Shown here piece by piece: positions 1 to 15,220 of a DNA stretch of 64,000 nucleotides. The notes beneath the pieces are model-generated. The model was not told the DNA's origin and made no database searches. It saw nothing but the letters and a program-made list of their open reading frames with translations. Where the stretch lies: NCBI RefSeq assembly GCF_009914755.1, contig NC_060929.1, one strand, 5' to 3'. Source of the stretch: the human T2T-CHM13v2.0 reference genome, Homo sapiens. The translations under genes and the position numbers were made by a program. Numbering within the stretch: the first letter of the stretch is position 1; every line of letters begins with the position of its first letter.

Positions 1-1869
1 TCCTGCGTGATATTCAATTAAATATTTTTTGTTGGAATGAATGGCCACTCTCTGAGAAAGCTAACTGATCATAGTAAGTTTTGCCTAAACAAAAGATTCT
101 TAACAAAAGAAAGATGATCTGCATGGTAACTTTAAAAAAGAGAGAGTTCTCACAGTTCAAAAAAGGTTTCAGTTCGTTTCTAAGAAGGGAACTTGGTCCA
201 TATACATGAACATATATCCAGCCTGTGAGTCAGGGCCATTCTTAAAATGAGATGGATGCATCAGGCTGACATAGCTGTGCAAGCATACCCAATTGGAACT
301 TCCAAGTCAATGACTTTAAATTGCAGGAACATCCTCAAAAGAATTTGTAATAACTCTATCCCTTCTTATGTATTCCAATTGACTTCTAATTTTGTCATTA
401 TAAATTTAAATGGCTGCAAAGGATGTACTTACCTTTCGTAATGATGGTCATTTAAAAATAAAGCCATTATATAACACTTAAAATGTATGCAATGGAATCT
501 AAATACCATAACAATTTGATATTTCATTATTCTTTTAAAAAGACATAAACATGTTTCTTGAATGGTATGAAATTTTACATGATTCCTTTTTCTCCTTGAA
601 CTCATATTCCCATTCTACTTTCTCCAAAGAAGTGTAATATGCTTTATGCTTAGAAGTCTTTTGTTGATACCCTACAATCTTTATCTGCAACAAAAATATC
701 CTTGTAAATTGATAGTAAAGAGAAATAATTTTCCTCCAGATTGAATTATCAGTACAATTACTACTAATTTACATTTGATCTAAGCAATATACATGTATTA
801 CAAGTTTTGAGTAAAGCTTTTTGAACAAAAATTGCATTGGAAATCAATCTATTGATAAGATGAATAGGATCTTTAAAAATTAATTCATGTACCCATGGAT
901 GAATATTACTTAATGCTAGAATGGGAGTTTAACATCAATTTTATTCTTAGTCTTTATTTATACAGAAGTAAGGTTTGAGAAACCATATTCATACACAAAT
1001 AGATAGAAATGGAAGGGTTTTGTTACTAAACCATCACTCAATTTGTTGATCTCCTTAGTAATATCTCCTTAGTAATACATCATGTTATGATCTTCTATCA
1101 AACATTATTTTTAATGATCTATACGCTGATGTTTTAAATGTGTTCCTTCAACTTTGTTGAAAGCTAAGAGTTAAAAGCTACCTGACTTGAAAGAGGATTT
1201 TTTACAAAGCTATTATAGCTCATCACTATAATTCACTTCAATTTTGATGAAGATTACCAAAAAAGCCTTTGCCAAGACTTATCAAATGACTGTTAATTGT
1301 ACTGTTTCACGTAGAGGCAATTATTTAACTCAACAGGCTCAGAAAAGGGAAGGAAAATGGGAGCAGTGTTAATTTTAAGACTCTCTTACAAATACAGTTT
1401 TGTTAAATAAAATGTTTATATCTTATCACACGTTTTAAATACATTTTTGTCAAAACCTTGGACTGGAGCCCTAAATCTTTCACTTGTGGAAAATGTCTGC
1501 CACATAACCTAACAAGCAAACGCTGTCCCTTTTGTCAAACCAAACTGCCAAGTCTGACTTGAAAAGTCTGATTTCATTTTTCAGTTCTAAGAAGCCTATT
1601 AATTCTTATTTTGAGATATATTTTAAACCACTGAGAAATAAATTACAAAACGTATTATAAGATAGATTACTAAAAGCATGCAATTCAAGATTAAAATGAT
1701 GTCAGATCTAACCGAATTAATTTTTTCATTTTATAAGTTATAAAAAGAGTAATCAATACGCAGTTCATCACTTAGCTTGTTATAATACAATGTAGCATGT
1801 GGCTACAAGTAATGTTATGTATATTGCAAAGAATATGATAAAAGGCATGGTATTTCTTTGGTAAACAAG

Positions 1870-2578
1870 TGTTACGGACTGAATATTTATGTTCTCCCCA
1901 AATTCATATGTAGAAGCCCTAACCCCCAGTGTGGCTATATTTGGAGATGGGGCCTCTAAGGAAGTAATTAAGATCCCCATGCTACCTTCTTGGACTTTGC
2001 TGCTCTCATTATATTCAAACTTTGGCCACTTTCTTGGCCCCTGCTTCCTGGGTTGTCTTTGTTTTCTGGCTCTCAGCTCCCTCCTAAGTGGTAGCTGGTA
2101 CTTTGGGGGCTTAACTGTGCAAACCTGCAGCACCTTGAACTTGCCTTTCCCAGATGTTCTCTGACCTTGCCCACTGCTTCTTGAGTACTGCAAACAACAC
2201 CTGCCATTAACTCTGAAGTTTAGACAGGCTTTCCAGGATGCCAGGGGCCAGAGCAGAGCAGGAAAAGGGTGACCTTGGTCCAATAGGATTAGTGTCCTTA
2301 TAAGAAGGGACACTAGAAAGCTTGCTCTCTCACAGGTGCACATTCTCCCTCTCTCTCTCTCTTTCTCTGCGTACATGCATCAAGGAAAACCTGTGTGAGG
2401 ACACGGTGAGAAGACAACTGTCTGCAAGCCAGGAAAAGAACCCTCACCAGAAACTGACTCTGCCGGACCTTGATCATGAACTTCTCGCCTCCAGAACTAT
2501 GAGAAAATAAATGTCTGTTGTTTAAGTCACTCAGTTTGTGATTTTTTTTTTTTATGGAAGCCCATGCAGACTAAGACA
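1870..2578 (+). mobile_element. MaLR solo LTR (MLT1A-type), interrupted by a ~292-bp foreign insert at 1973-2264
   Basis: Starts TGTTACGGACTGAAT, ends CTAAGACA; 5-bp TSD ACAAG/ACATG; typical MLT1A core CCAGAACTATGAGAAAATAAATGTCTGTTGTTTAAG. Confidence 0.85.
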
Positions 2579-4089
2579 ACATGTGTGCAGTATTTGCTTT
2601 TGAATCTGGTATTGCTGAACATCTGATATTTGCTTTGGAATAAAAAGAATTATGAGTAAAAATTCAGAAATACTTCATTAATTGTATTTATGTTCAAACT
2701 TTTCTTATATACATGTATTGGATGATAGTAAAAGGAATATGCTGCTGCTAAAGATCATCAGTCCAGGAGTTGGCCTATCATTTTATTTTTTATAAGAAGT
2801 GGAAAAATATTAATATTACAAGAGAAATCATGTAAGGATATTTATTTGTGGCTTCTATCCAGTGTTCATGGAAATGTGAAAGTCCGAAAACATTTCAAAA
2901 CTATGGCCTACAGATGAGTGTGAAGACTAGTTGAAAATACTTGCTTAGATTTCAATAGTGATTAGTATTTCTTACCAATGCCGGGTTCTTCACTTTGTTC
3001 TTTCCAAACCCTTCTTCAAGAGCAATGTATTATTTGACAAAGGCTAAGAGGAAGTCATTAAATGAAAAGTGCTATCCTTTTTACTACCTTTATGACTCAA
3101 TATAATATATCTGATGTTGGAAAATCTCAACAAGAACTAAAATACCCCATTCCTCACACCATGCTTAACCTTTGACTAAAATATATGTAAGACAGGAAGA
3201 TTTAACATGTATTAAATATGGTCTAAAACCTTACTATATTTCCTTGATTTCAAAGTGTATTTGCAAACAGCTTCTCTGAGGATTTCTTCTTATATCTCAT
3301 TAACTCTAATGGTAAAAAAAGATTTACTTCTCTAAGATTGACCAAAAAGCTCGAGCCAAACAACCGTAAAGACTGACAATTACTTCATAGTTCTGTGTTG
3401 TACTGTATTAGAATGGAAGCTGGAGAGAATTTGGGAAAAGCTTCACTTGACAATTTTAAGAATTTAGCACAAAGAAACTGGGGGCAACAAACGCAGGTTA
3501 CTGGGTTTGAGTTGGGGTATAAAGGGCAAGGATAAACAGGGAGTTCTCTCAATGAAAGATTATTAGTACCTCCAAGGCAACTATTAGCAGAACTAGACTT
3601 ATTTTACGGCTGTTTAAATTATCTGGAAGAAAGAATGCACAACTTACGGGATGCCAGTGCCTCTGTTCTCCATTCCATTCAAAGGATATGCTCCAGGTTT
3701 AGCATGAGATGGCAGACTTGAATCTTCTGTACTCTTGTTTGGCTTCTCCTAGTGTGAACATCTTGCTGCGTTGAGTGTAACTCTGGTGTTTAAAGATACA
3801 CATTTTTTTTTTTTTGGTACAGCATGGTCTGTAAATACAAGCCAACTTCATCATCTGGTGTTCAACTAAAGAAACACCCAATACTGAAGGAAAATTGGCT
3901 GCATCGGACTTTTTGGGAGGCTGTATATTCACTTTCAATGTGGCACTTTCCTAAGGCATTTTTTAAAGTTTCATTTTTTAAAAAAATTATTATTATGAAA
4001 TATTTCAGGAATAGCAAAAAGTATGCCATTTTCTTTGTTTTTCATTTAATTTGCACGAACTAAACATAAATACAATATAATTCCATGTT

Positions 4090-4285
4090 ATAAGTATTTA
4101 TTGAGTACCTATTAAATGCATATTATTTCCCATCTCCCAGCTAGCTTGCAAAGTGAATGTTATTCTCTCCATTTTACAGATAAGGAAACTAAGGCTCAAA
4201 GATATTAAAATTTACCCAGTTTAAAAATGATAAAGCTGAATTTGGACCCAAGTCTGCTTAAATTTAAAGCCTGGACTCTTCTCTT
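4090..4285 (-). mobile_element. MIR SINE
   Basis: Core CCATTTTACAGATAAGGAAACTAAGGCTCA; boundaries approximate. Confidence 0.75.
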
Positions 4286-5433
4286 AATATCAAGATGCTA
4301 ATGAGTAAAACAGGAATCATTATAAAACAAAAAGATAGCATTTAAGTGAAATCTTGATTATGAATAAGAAAAAGCAATCTCATTTGGGGGAAAAATGTAC
4401 TAAACTAAAGATCCTAACTTTTGGAATAAACTGTGAAACTGGATTTTAAAAAATGTGTATCAGATCAACTTTATTGTAACAACAATACATTTAGGAAAAA
4501 TAATCAGAGTTATACAGTTCTTGAAAGATGGTAAGCAGAGAGAGCTATCTCAGTCCCTCCTTGCATACACTTGACCCAGCACAGTGCTTGGTAAATGTTT
4601 GTTGAATGAATGCATCAGGATCTAGTTCAACAGCAGTCACTTCCTTGGAGAGAAATAACCCAAGGTATGGATGATGAGGACAGGCAGTGCTTCCTAATGC
4701 ATCCTTAGGGAGAGTGTTATACAGGAGCAGTCATCCACTTATTAATCTATTTAGAAATAATTTCTCTCCTTGGCCTTTTGTTGGGTTAGGTCTGCCCATG
4801 TGATACATGTACCAGGAAGCCTAGCCATGGATACTAGTCCTCTAGCTTCAGTGGGCAGTCAGCCCTGCTGCTCACCTCTTCTGACTTGCTCTCATCCCCT
4901 TCTCCCTCCTCCATCTCCGATACCTAACTGCTTAATGTTGCTTCACAGAGCAGTGCCCCTTGGTGCCCCCTTACTTGTCTGACTCACTAGGATACACTTC
5001 TTAGGCTTTCACTCTCAGCATTTTCTCTGGGACATGATTGGGTCACTTCTAACATCTCCACTCACCCCTAGCTGCAGGTTTTGCTTGGTCCACACAAGAT
5101 CCATGTTGGCCACCTCAGCTCTACCTGGCCTTTCCATCTGGGATAGAAAGGGACATATTGTGCTCACTATGCTGGGATCTGTAAGGGAATATATCGTGCA
5201 GCTATGCTGCAAGGCAGCTCTCCTCACTCACCAACTTCCGTGACAGCTTTTGAAATAACAGAACCCCAATATTTATATATTCATACAAATAAACCCACCC
5301 CACCACTGGGTGGATTTCTCTCCAAAATTATGATGTCAAAGTTGTATAAGAACAGGCCAATCCTTCGGAAGAACCTCTCTACATAGAAAGAAGGAATTTC
5401 AGGAACTGTTTATCTCAGAAACAACCTTTGTGC

Positions 5434-5840
5434 TGTACTAGTTTTCTTGGACTACCACAACAAAATACCATGCTGGGTGGCATGAACAGCAAAAATTCAT
5501 TTTCTCACAGCTTTGGAGGGTAGAAGTCCAAGATGAAGGTGTCAGCAGGGCTGGATTCCTCTGAGGCCTCTCTCCTTGGCTTGCAGGCAGCTGCCCTCTT
5601 ACTGCCTCTTCACATGGTCTTTTCCTCTGTGTCTGCATCTTTTGTGTCTCTTTGCGTGCCTGAATTTCCTCTTCTGATAGGACATCAGTCAGATTGGATT
5701 AGGACCCATCTTAATTTTAACCTCATTTTAACTTAATGACGTTTTTAAACACCCTGCCTCCAAATAAAGTGACATTCTGAGGTACCAGGGGTTTGGACTT
5801 CAACATACGAATTTTGGGGGACAGAATTCCAGCCATAACA
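5434..5840 (-). mobile_element. MaLR solo LTR (MLT1B-like)
   Basis: TGTACTAGTTTTCT...CCAGCCATAACA with perfect TSD TGTGC (5429-5433, 5841-5845). Confidence 0.88.
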
Positions 5841-6049
5841 TGTGCCCCCTCAGATTCCTTCCATCCAAACTGCCTCCCAGACTCGCAGCCTCCACCATGG
5901 ATGACAGCTCTGTCCAGGCAGCTGTGTCCTAGAGTCTGGCTTCTCCTGCTTCTTCTGTACTCACACAGTATGCCAGCCTGCCAAGCATAGTACCAGGCTT
6001 CCTGAGTGACTGTCTGAAAGGGTTGGATGCTATAAGAGAAATGTGAAGA

Positions 6050-6410
6050 CATTAACACTCTCCGAGGCAAACTTTGATGATGAGGGAAATGGAGACCGAG
6101 GGGTGCAGGTGGTTAAATTCCTTGGATCGATGACTCTGAGGCACTGTGTCTCCACACAGCCTGTCCTGAGATAGTGTAGGGGAGCAGATGTACCTGCTGA
6201 GAGACCAGCTGTCACCTGTGGCTTTGTGGTGAAGCAATGATCGGTGTGGGTAAGCATCACCTTGCATGGTTTCCCATCTTCCCCTGTTTAAGTTCCCTTT
6301 TCCCTTGCGCTTGCTGCCCTGACTTTGTACCTCCCAAATACTCCTGGATACAACATCATCACTCAGTCCTTGCTTCACGCTCTACTTTCTAGAGAACCCA
6401 GGCTAGAACA
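6050..6410 (+). mobile_element. Ancient ERVL LTR (LTR16-like)
   Basis: 3' end resembles LTR16 (ACCTCCCAAATA...TTTCTAGAGAACCCAGGCTAGAACA); left edge uncertain. Confidence 0.5.
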
Positions 6411-6594
6411 TTGGCATAACTGCTAGCTGGAAAATAAAATTTTTAAAAAACGGAAACACCTTATTCATTACAAACACTGGCAAGCAATTTTGGGGCTGAT
6501 TCTGAGCTATCATTTCATCAATGACATACTCCGGCATTATGTATAATCAGATCAGAGGAATCATCATCACTCTGTGAAATACAGGACTAGACAA

Positions 6595-7050
6595 TGTATC
6601 AGTCAGTTCTAACTAGAAAAACAGAAACCATCCTAAGAATTTGAAACAAAGGAAATTAATCCATGAATTGTTTACACAGGTCATGGAAGAGCTGAGATGC
6701 CAAACAGAGGACTGTGAAGCAATCCAGAGATTTGTAAAAGCAGAAAGTTGCTACCGCCCCTAAGCTGGAGAGATAACAGTAGGAATCAGTGTTACCAGCT
6801 GCCAGAGCCACTGGGGGAAGTTGCAACAAACCATCGAATGCCTGACTAGGTAGAGCTGAAGATATAGCTATGCTAGAGATGCAACTGGAGACACAGAGAG
6901 AGGGAGAAATATTCTGACTTCTCTCTTCTTCCCTCCAGTTTCTTGCCAGCATCTCCCATTGCCTGAACGCAGGAAGAGGCTGGTTGATCTAGGAGCCTGG
7001 GAAATGCAGCCTACAGGAGTTGGCACCTCTGTCACTCAGAGCACTTCAGG
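6595..7050 (-). mobile_element. Ancient ERVL-class LTR (LTR33/LTR41-like)
   Basis: TGTATCAGTCAG...AAAACAGAAACCA terminus; subfamily uncertain. Confidence 0.45.
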
Positions 7051-7224
7051 GGAAGGATATGGAAAGGAATAGCATAGGCTGAAGATTGGTCCAAAAAACA
7101 AGATAGGCTAACTAAACAAGATAGGCTAACTTGGAGAAATTGTTAGATAGTCAATAACTTTATGGGCCAAGGAAGTGTACAATGGGAGAAAAAATAGCAC
7201 AGTTACAGCACAGCAGGCAACAGG

Positions 7225-7402
7225 ATAAAACAGACCTGAGTTCAAATGGAAGATTTCCCTATTTATTGGCCATGTGACCTTAGATGAGTCATTTAATTTA
7301 TCTGAACCTCAGTTTCCTTTCCTAATCTGTGTTGTAAAGATTATATGAGATTACTTATGTAAAGTGCTTAGCATATTAGCTGGCATCTAATAAGTAATCA
7401 AT
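7225..7402 (+). mobile_element. MIR SINE
   Basis: AGACCTGAGTTCAAAT...TGTGACCTT...TCTGAACCTCAGTTTCC...AAAGTGCTTAGCA. Confidence 0.8.
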
Positions 7403-7454
7403 GAAAGACAACTCTTATAATAACAAGGGACCAGTATCTAGTTGGCTTAGTCTG

Positions 7455-7809
7455 TGATATGGTTTGACTCTGTGTCCCCACCCAAATCTCATCTTGAATT
7501 ATAATCCCCATGTGTCGAGAGAGGGAGGGAGGTGATTGGATCACAGGACAATTTCCCCCGTGCTGTTCTTGTGATAGTGAGTTCTCACGAGATCTGATGG
7601 TTTTATAAGCATCTGGCATTTCCCCTGCTTGCACTTCTCTCTCTCCTGCCACCATATGAAGAAGTTCCTTGCTTCCCCTTCCACGGTGATTGTCGGTTTC
7701 CTGAAGCCTTATTGGCCATGTGGAACTGTGAGTCAATTAAACCTCTTTTCTTTATAAATAACCTAGTCTTGTGTATCTCTTTACAGTAGTGTGAAAATTG
7801 ACTAATACA
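7455..7809 (+). mobile_element. THE1 (THE1D-like) MaLR solo LTR inserted into an older LTR16-like element (~7443-8200, minus)
   Basis: TGATATGGTTTGACTCTGTGTCCCCACCCAAATCTC...ACTAATACA; perfect TSD GTCTG. Confidence 0.92.
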
Positions 7810-9298
7810 GTCTGGTTCTTCAAAAAGCAAAGATTTGGATGAAGTAGTTTATTTGGAGGATGATCCCATTGCAAGGGAATGGGAAACTGAAACAGAGAAG
7901 GAAGAAAGCCAACAAATGGTGTATTAATAAGAGAGTACCACTGTGAACAACAAGGGTTCAGTCCCACAGAGGACCCTCTTAGGGAATGGTGTGTAATAAC
8001 TTTGAATTGTAAAGTTTTTAAAAGGGGTGAGATAGCTGGAATTTTAGCTGCCAATTCCCATTCACAGTAAAAGCTGCTCCTGGCATTAACTCCTGGGCAC
8101 TTTCGGCCTGCCCTTCATGAGGGCTAAGCCTACTGTCTCAGCCAGAGAACACCCTTAGGTAATAAGATGTAAGAACCAGGTGTGTACAGGTGCCACCCAC
8201 AGGGGACCTGGGCAAACTGAGGAATATAGATTAATTATTGCTAGTAGCTACTGCTGCTGTATAGCTGAAAAAGATCTGGGATCATAGTGGGCTATGATCC
8301 CACCTAAAATCAGCACAGTTGTACTTCCCTGTTTCCCTAGACCAATACTTTTCAAAATTTTCTGACCAATATCCACAGTTAGAAATATATTTTTACATTG
8401 TGACACAGTACACATGAATGTTTATATAGTGCACATTTACACCAAAAGTTTTCTAAAATAATGCTTATTCTTTTGAAACAGCATGCACCCTAATATCTTT
8501 CTATGTCGCTAGATTTTTTAAAACAAAGATTGAAATTTCCAGTACTGATTTCAAGACCCTCTAAAAACCCTCAATTTATTGTCCTAGCTACTGCAAGTGT
8601 GTACTGCTGCAGTGATAAGGAGCTTGAGCAAGACTGTAAATAAATGATGTCACTATGCCCTAAAGTCATTAAGTACTAAACTAATTTCAGCTGCCTTTTT
8701 TTTTTTTTTTATAGCAAGACAGTCTCAATGAAGGAAGCAGTATGTTGATTGGTATTTTAGCAGTAGGTCTTTATCTAGTCAGAGACTGGAAACAGTTGAC
8801 AAACACACACTTTGAGCAGCACTGCCCTAGACCGTACTTGAATGGGGTTTTAAAAATGGGCTTAAGACTAAAAATGAATTTTTCTAATGCTTGCCCTTCT
8901 CTGTTGTTAAAAGATCCCCAGCCCTCCACAAGTCTTATTTAGTATTTCTTGGGGTCTCATAGGGTTATCTCTGACGAAGTTGCCAAACCATATTTACAGA
9001 AGGTTCCAACCTTCTCCTTAGCTTCAAAGGCTAGAATGAAAGATGAAGACCACTGCCCCCACTCTGCTGACCCCTGCAAGGAGGACCACTCAGCCCTTAC
9101 TCCTGTGCTTCCTGCCTTTCCACTCCTGCCGCTGCCAGCATACTGGGAAATAAGGTTCAGGTGCCACTTCTGTGGACTAACAAAAGAAGGGAAACTGGGT
9201 CCTACACTGCAATTGTGGGCCCCCATCCCAGGTAACAGAGGAGCTCTGTGACGCTGCTATCTTCTAGGGCAACAGTCCTCAAACTGGAGTACCCTAGG

Positions 9299-9510
9299 AT
9301 GCTCAACCCAGGGCAATTTTGCTCCCCCAGGTGACATTGGCAATGTCTGAAGACATTTTTGTTGTCACAACTTGAGTGGAGGAATGCTACTGGCTTCTGG
9401 TAAATAGAGGTCAGAGATGTTGCTAAATATCCCACAATGCACAGACCAGCCCTCACAACAAAGAAATATTTGACCCAAAAGGTCAATAGTGCCAAGGTTG
9501 AGAAAACCTG
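9299..9510 (+). mobile_element. MER20 (hAT-Charlie MITE)
   Basis: GGCAATGTCTGAAGACATTTTTGTTGTCACAAC...AATAGTGCCAAGGTTGAGAAAACCTG; CCCTAGG on both flanks. Confidence 0.88.
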
Positions 9511-9716
9511 CCCTAGGGGTACACATAGGCTTCCCAGGGGCAAGTGGGCACTGGTCACTTTAAGCTGATTGGTTAACATGTCTTCCATTTCCATTTGCAC
9601 CATCTCCTAAATTTGGTTTACCACACTCTGCAAGTTCTACTTTCCCACCTCCTTTTCACAGTGACCTCTCTTCCAAACCCCAAATATACTATCTGGGTAT
9701 AAAAATCTTGCAGGGC

Positions 9717-10211
<495 letters not shown>

Positions 10212-10323
10212 GATTTATGCCAGACATTTCTATAAACCAAATTGGATAAATCTTCAGGGCAAGGTATAATATATAAAATATGACAGGGATTACATCCTTT
10301 GCAACCGTTTACATTTATAATAG

Positions 10324-10634
<311 letters not shown>

Positions 10635-11105
10635 CCTACATGTTAACATAAAAATGTGAGAGATGGAAATACATATCAGAATAGTGGTTACCTGTGGGAA
10701 GGAGAGAGCAGGTATCAACAAGAAGGGAGCATGAAGGAACCTCTCAAGCTGCTGGAAGTGTTCTATACCTTAATCTTGGTGGTGGTAACATGCATGTATA
10801 AATATATGAAAGTTCACTAAGCCTTACACTTAAGATTTTTGTACTTTACATAAGTTATATTTCAATTTTTTAAAAGCAAAAGGGTTTTTCAAAATTATTT
10901 TGGGATAATAATCAAGCAAAAATATTTGAAGACCACTGTTCTAGGAGACTGAGAGGACTAAGTCTTCCTAGCCTTATGTCCTTGCTTTCCGGCAGCCATG
11001 GTTTAAAACTTGTCTCTCCAGTCCTCTATCCTCAGGGCTTCCTCTTCCCAGGATGGCTCACTTTCCTCCCAGTCATTTCACCAAAGCCTCAGAAGTCAGA
11101 CTCTG

Positions 11106-11614
<509 letters not shown>

Positions 11615-12094
11615 CTCTGTGATCAATATGCCCCTTACATCTTGGACTTCTTCCCTGGGCATTTTCCTCCACCGCCTGGCTTAACTGAAATCTGCCTCTT
11701 CTCCTTGATGCCCTGGGACACCATCCTTTCAGACTGCACAAGCCTCAGGGTCAGGAGGAAGGGGCTGTGTCTTGCTCCTTTGATACTAAGTCAGGATGCT
11801 TCATCTGCTAAGAATCCTAGCATTCTCTCATCCTGCCTCGATTCCTGATCACTATCACTTAATGACTGCCTGGCCAGTGCCCTTCATCAATCAGAACCTT
11901 AATACCTGGATTACACACAGCCTTCTCTACTCTAAGCTCTGTTATTCAGTTAAAGTAATACTTAAAGAAAAAAATATTTTAACTTTCATGAAGTTCAATG
12001 TATCAGTGTTTTTTCTTTTAAGGTTTCTTTTTGTAGCCTATGTATAATAATTTTTTCTTAATCCAATTTTTCAAAGATTTTTATCCTACATCTT

Positions 12095-12665
12095 TGTGAT
12101 GGTTAATTTTAGGTGTCAAGTTGACTGGATTAAGGGATGCCCAGATAGCTAGTAAGGCATTATTTCTGGGTAACTCTGTGAGGGTGTTTCTGGAAGAGAT
12201 TGTCATTTGAATCAGTGGACTGAACAAGGAAGATCACCCTCACCCAATTTGAGGATGGGCAGGCATTATTCAATTGGTTGAGGGCAAATATAGAACAAAA
12301 AGGCAGAGGAAAAAATGAATTCACTCCCTCTTCTGAAGCTAAGATATCCATCTGCTTCTGCTCTTGGACATCAGAACTCCAGATTCTCTGACTTTTGGAC
12401 TTAGTGACTTGTATCAAGCAGCCCCCAGGTTCTCAGGCCTTTGGCCTGAAACCAAGAGTTACACCATTGGTTCCCCAGGTTCTAAAGCCTTTAGACAGGG
12501 ACTAAGCCACCTGCTTCCCTGGTTCTCCAGCTTGCAGATGGTCTATCATGGGACTTCTCAGCCTCTGTAATCATGTGAGCCCATTCTCATAATAAATTGC
12601 TTCTTATATCTGTATCTATATCTCTCCTATTGGTTCTGTTTCTCTGAAGAACCCTGGCTAATACA
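12095..12665 (+). mobile_element. MLT2B-like ERVL solo LTR
   Basis: TGTGATGGTTAATTTTAGGTGTCAAGTTGACTGG...GAACCCTGGCTAATACA; perfect TSD ATCTT. Confidence 0.9.
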
Positions 12666-12692
12666 ATCTTTTTTAAGATATGCTATAGTTTT

Positions 12693-12835
12693 GGCCGGGG
12701 ATGTTGGCTCACACCTGTAGTCCTAGCACATTGAGAGGCCGAGGCAGGAGGATTGCTTGAACCCAGGAATTTGAGATCAGCCTAGGTAACATAGCGAGAT
12801 TCCCATCTCTACAATACATACATAAATAAAATAAA
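12693..12835 (+). mobile_element. FLAM Alu monomer
   Basis: Left monomer with A-rich tail; TSD AAGATATG(C/T)TA(T/C)AGTTTT. Confidence 0.88.
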
Positions 12836-13380
12836 GTTAAATTTAAAAAGATATGTTACAGTTTTAACTTTACCATTTAGGTCTATGATCTATTTTGAAT
12901 TATTAATAATTTTTATATATAGTATTAGTTAAGGGTCAAGTTCCATTTTTTCCATATAAACATACAGTTGTTCCAGCACCATTTGTTGAAAAACTTTCTC
13001 CATTAACTCGATGCCTTTGTCAAAAATAATATATAAATTTTATTATCATATTTTTAATTTTATATTATATACATATATTTGGGGAATCCTTATTTTGTTT
13101 TATGACTCTATATGTCTGTCCATAAAACAATTCCACACTGTCTTGATGACTGTAGATTTACAATAAACCTTGAGATCAAGTGGCAAAAACCCTTCAACTT
13201 TGTTCTTTTTCAAAATTATTTTGGCTTTTTAACATCTTCATTATTTCCATATGAATTTTAGGTGAATCAGCTCATCAGTTTCTATAAAATGTTTGTGGGT
13301 ATTTTGATTTAGACTGTGCTGAATCTATAGAGCCTTCTTTGTTCTGATCTTCCTGGGGAAACACATTCCATCTTTCACAT

Positions 13381-13950
13381 TGTGGTAGTTTTGAAATACA
13401 TGCATAATTTCTCTAATATTCCTCCCTCAAAAAGTGGAGCCTAATTCCCCTCTTCTTGAATGCGGGCTGCAGTTAGTGGCTTGCTTCTAACGAATATACT
13501 CTAGTGGAAATGATGGTATATGATCTCCAAAGACTAGATGATAAAAGGCACTGTGGCTTCCTCCTTGCTTTTTCTTTCTTTCGGATCACTTATTCTGGGG
13601 GAAGCTGTGTGCCAAGCCATGAGGACACTCGAGAAACCTTATGAAAAGATCTATATGGTAAGGACAAGAGGCTTCCTACAAATAACAATTAAGGAACTGA
13701 GGCCTTCCTCCAACAGCTATGTGAATGAGCAATCTCGGAAGTAAATCTTCCAGCCCCACTCATGCCTTCAGATGACTGTGGCCCTAGCTGACATTTTGAT
13801 TGCAACCTCATGAGAGAACTTCAGTGAGACTCACCCAGTTAAGTGGCTCTCAAATTCCTAATCCCCAGAAATTGTGAGATGATGAGTACTTATTGTTTAA
13901 GCTGCTAAATTTTGGGGTAATTTGTTACATAGCAATTGATAACCAATGCA
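13381..13950 (+). mobile_element. MLT1E/F-type MaLR solo LTR
   Basis: TGTGGTAG...TTTAAGCTGCTAAATTTTGGGGTAATTTGTTACATAGCAATTGATAACCAATGCA. Confidence 0.85.
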
Positions 13951-14189
13951 ACTATTAAGTATCATATCTTCTGTAGAAGCCCTTGTCATATTGAGAACAC
14001 TCCCTTCTATTACTAGTTTGCTGACAGTATTCATCATTAATGGGTGCTAAATTTTGTCAAGTAACTCTTCTAAATATATTGTGATGATTATATGCTTTTT
14101 AACCTGTATTCTGGTCATATAGTGAATTATAATTATTGATTTTCAACATTAAACCAAGCTTTCATTCCTGGGGTAAACTTTATCCTTGT

Positions 14190-15220
<1,031 letters not shown>

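Larger units (their letters stand above)
11960..14180 (-). mobile_element. Fragmented ancient L1 (L1ME-like) ORF2/3' region, interrupted by MLT2, FLAM and MLT1F
   Basis: Antisense L1 motifs CAGTTGTTCCAGCACCATTTGTTGAAAA, TTCAACTTTGTTCTTTTTCAAA, TTCCATATGAATTTTAG. Confidence 0.75.

Noticed and set aside
1780-2376. Longest ORF (198 aa, minus) as a real gene
   Set aside because: Both ends run through antisense MLT1A sequence and no protein family is recognisable; only the inserted core is of interest.
3824-4063. 79-aa ORF following a T-run and AG
   Set aside because: No homology, no convincing donor site, low-complexity C-terminus.
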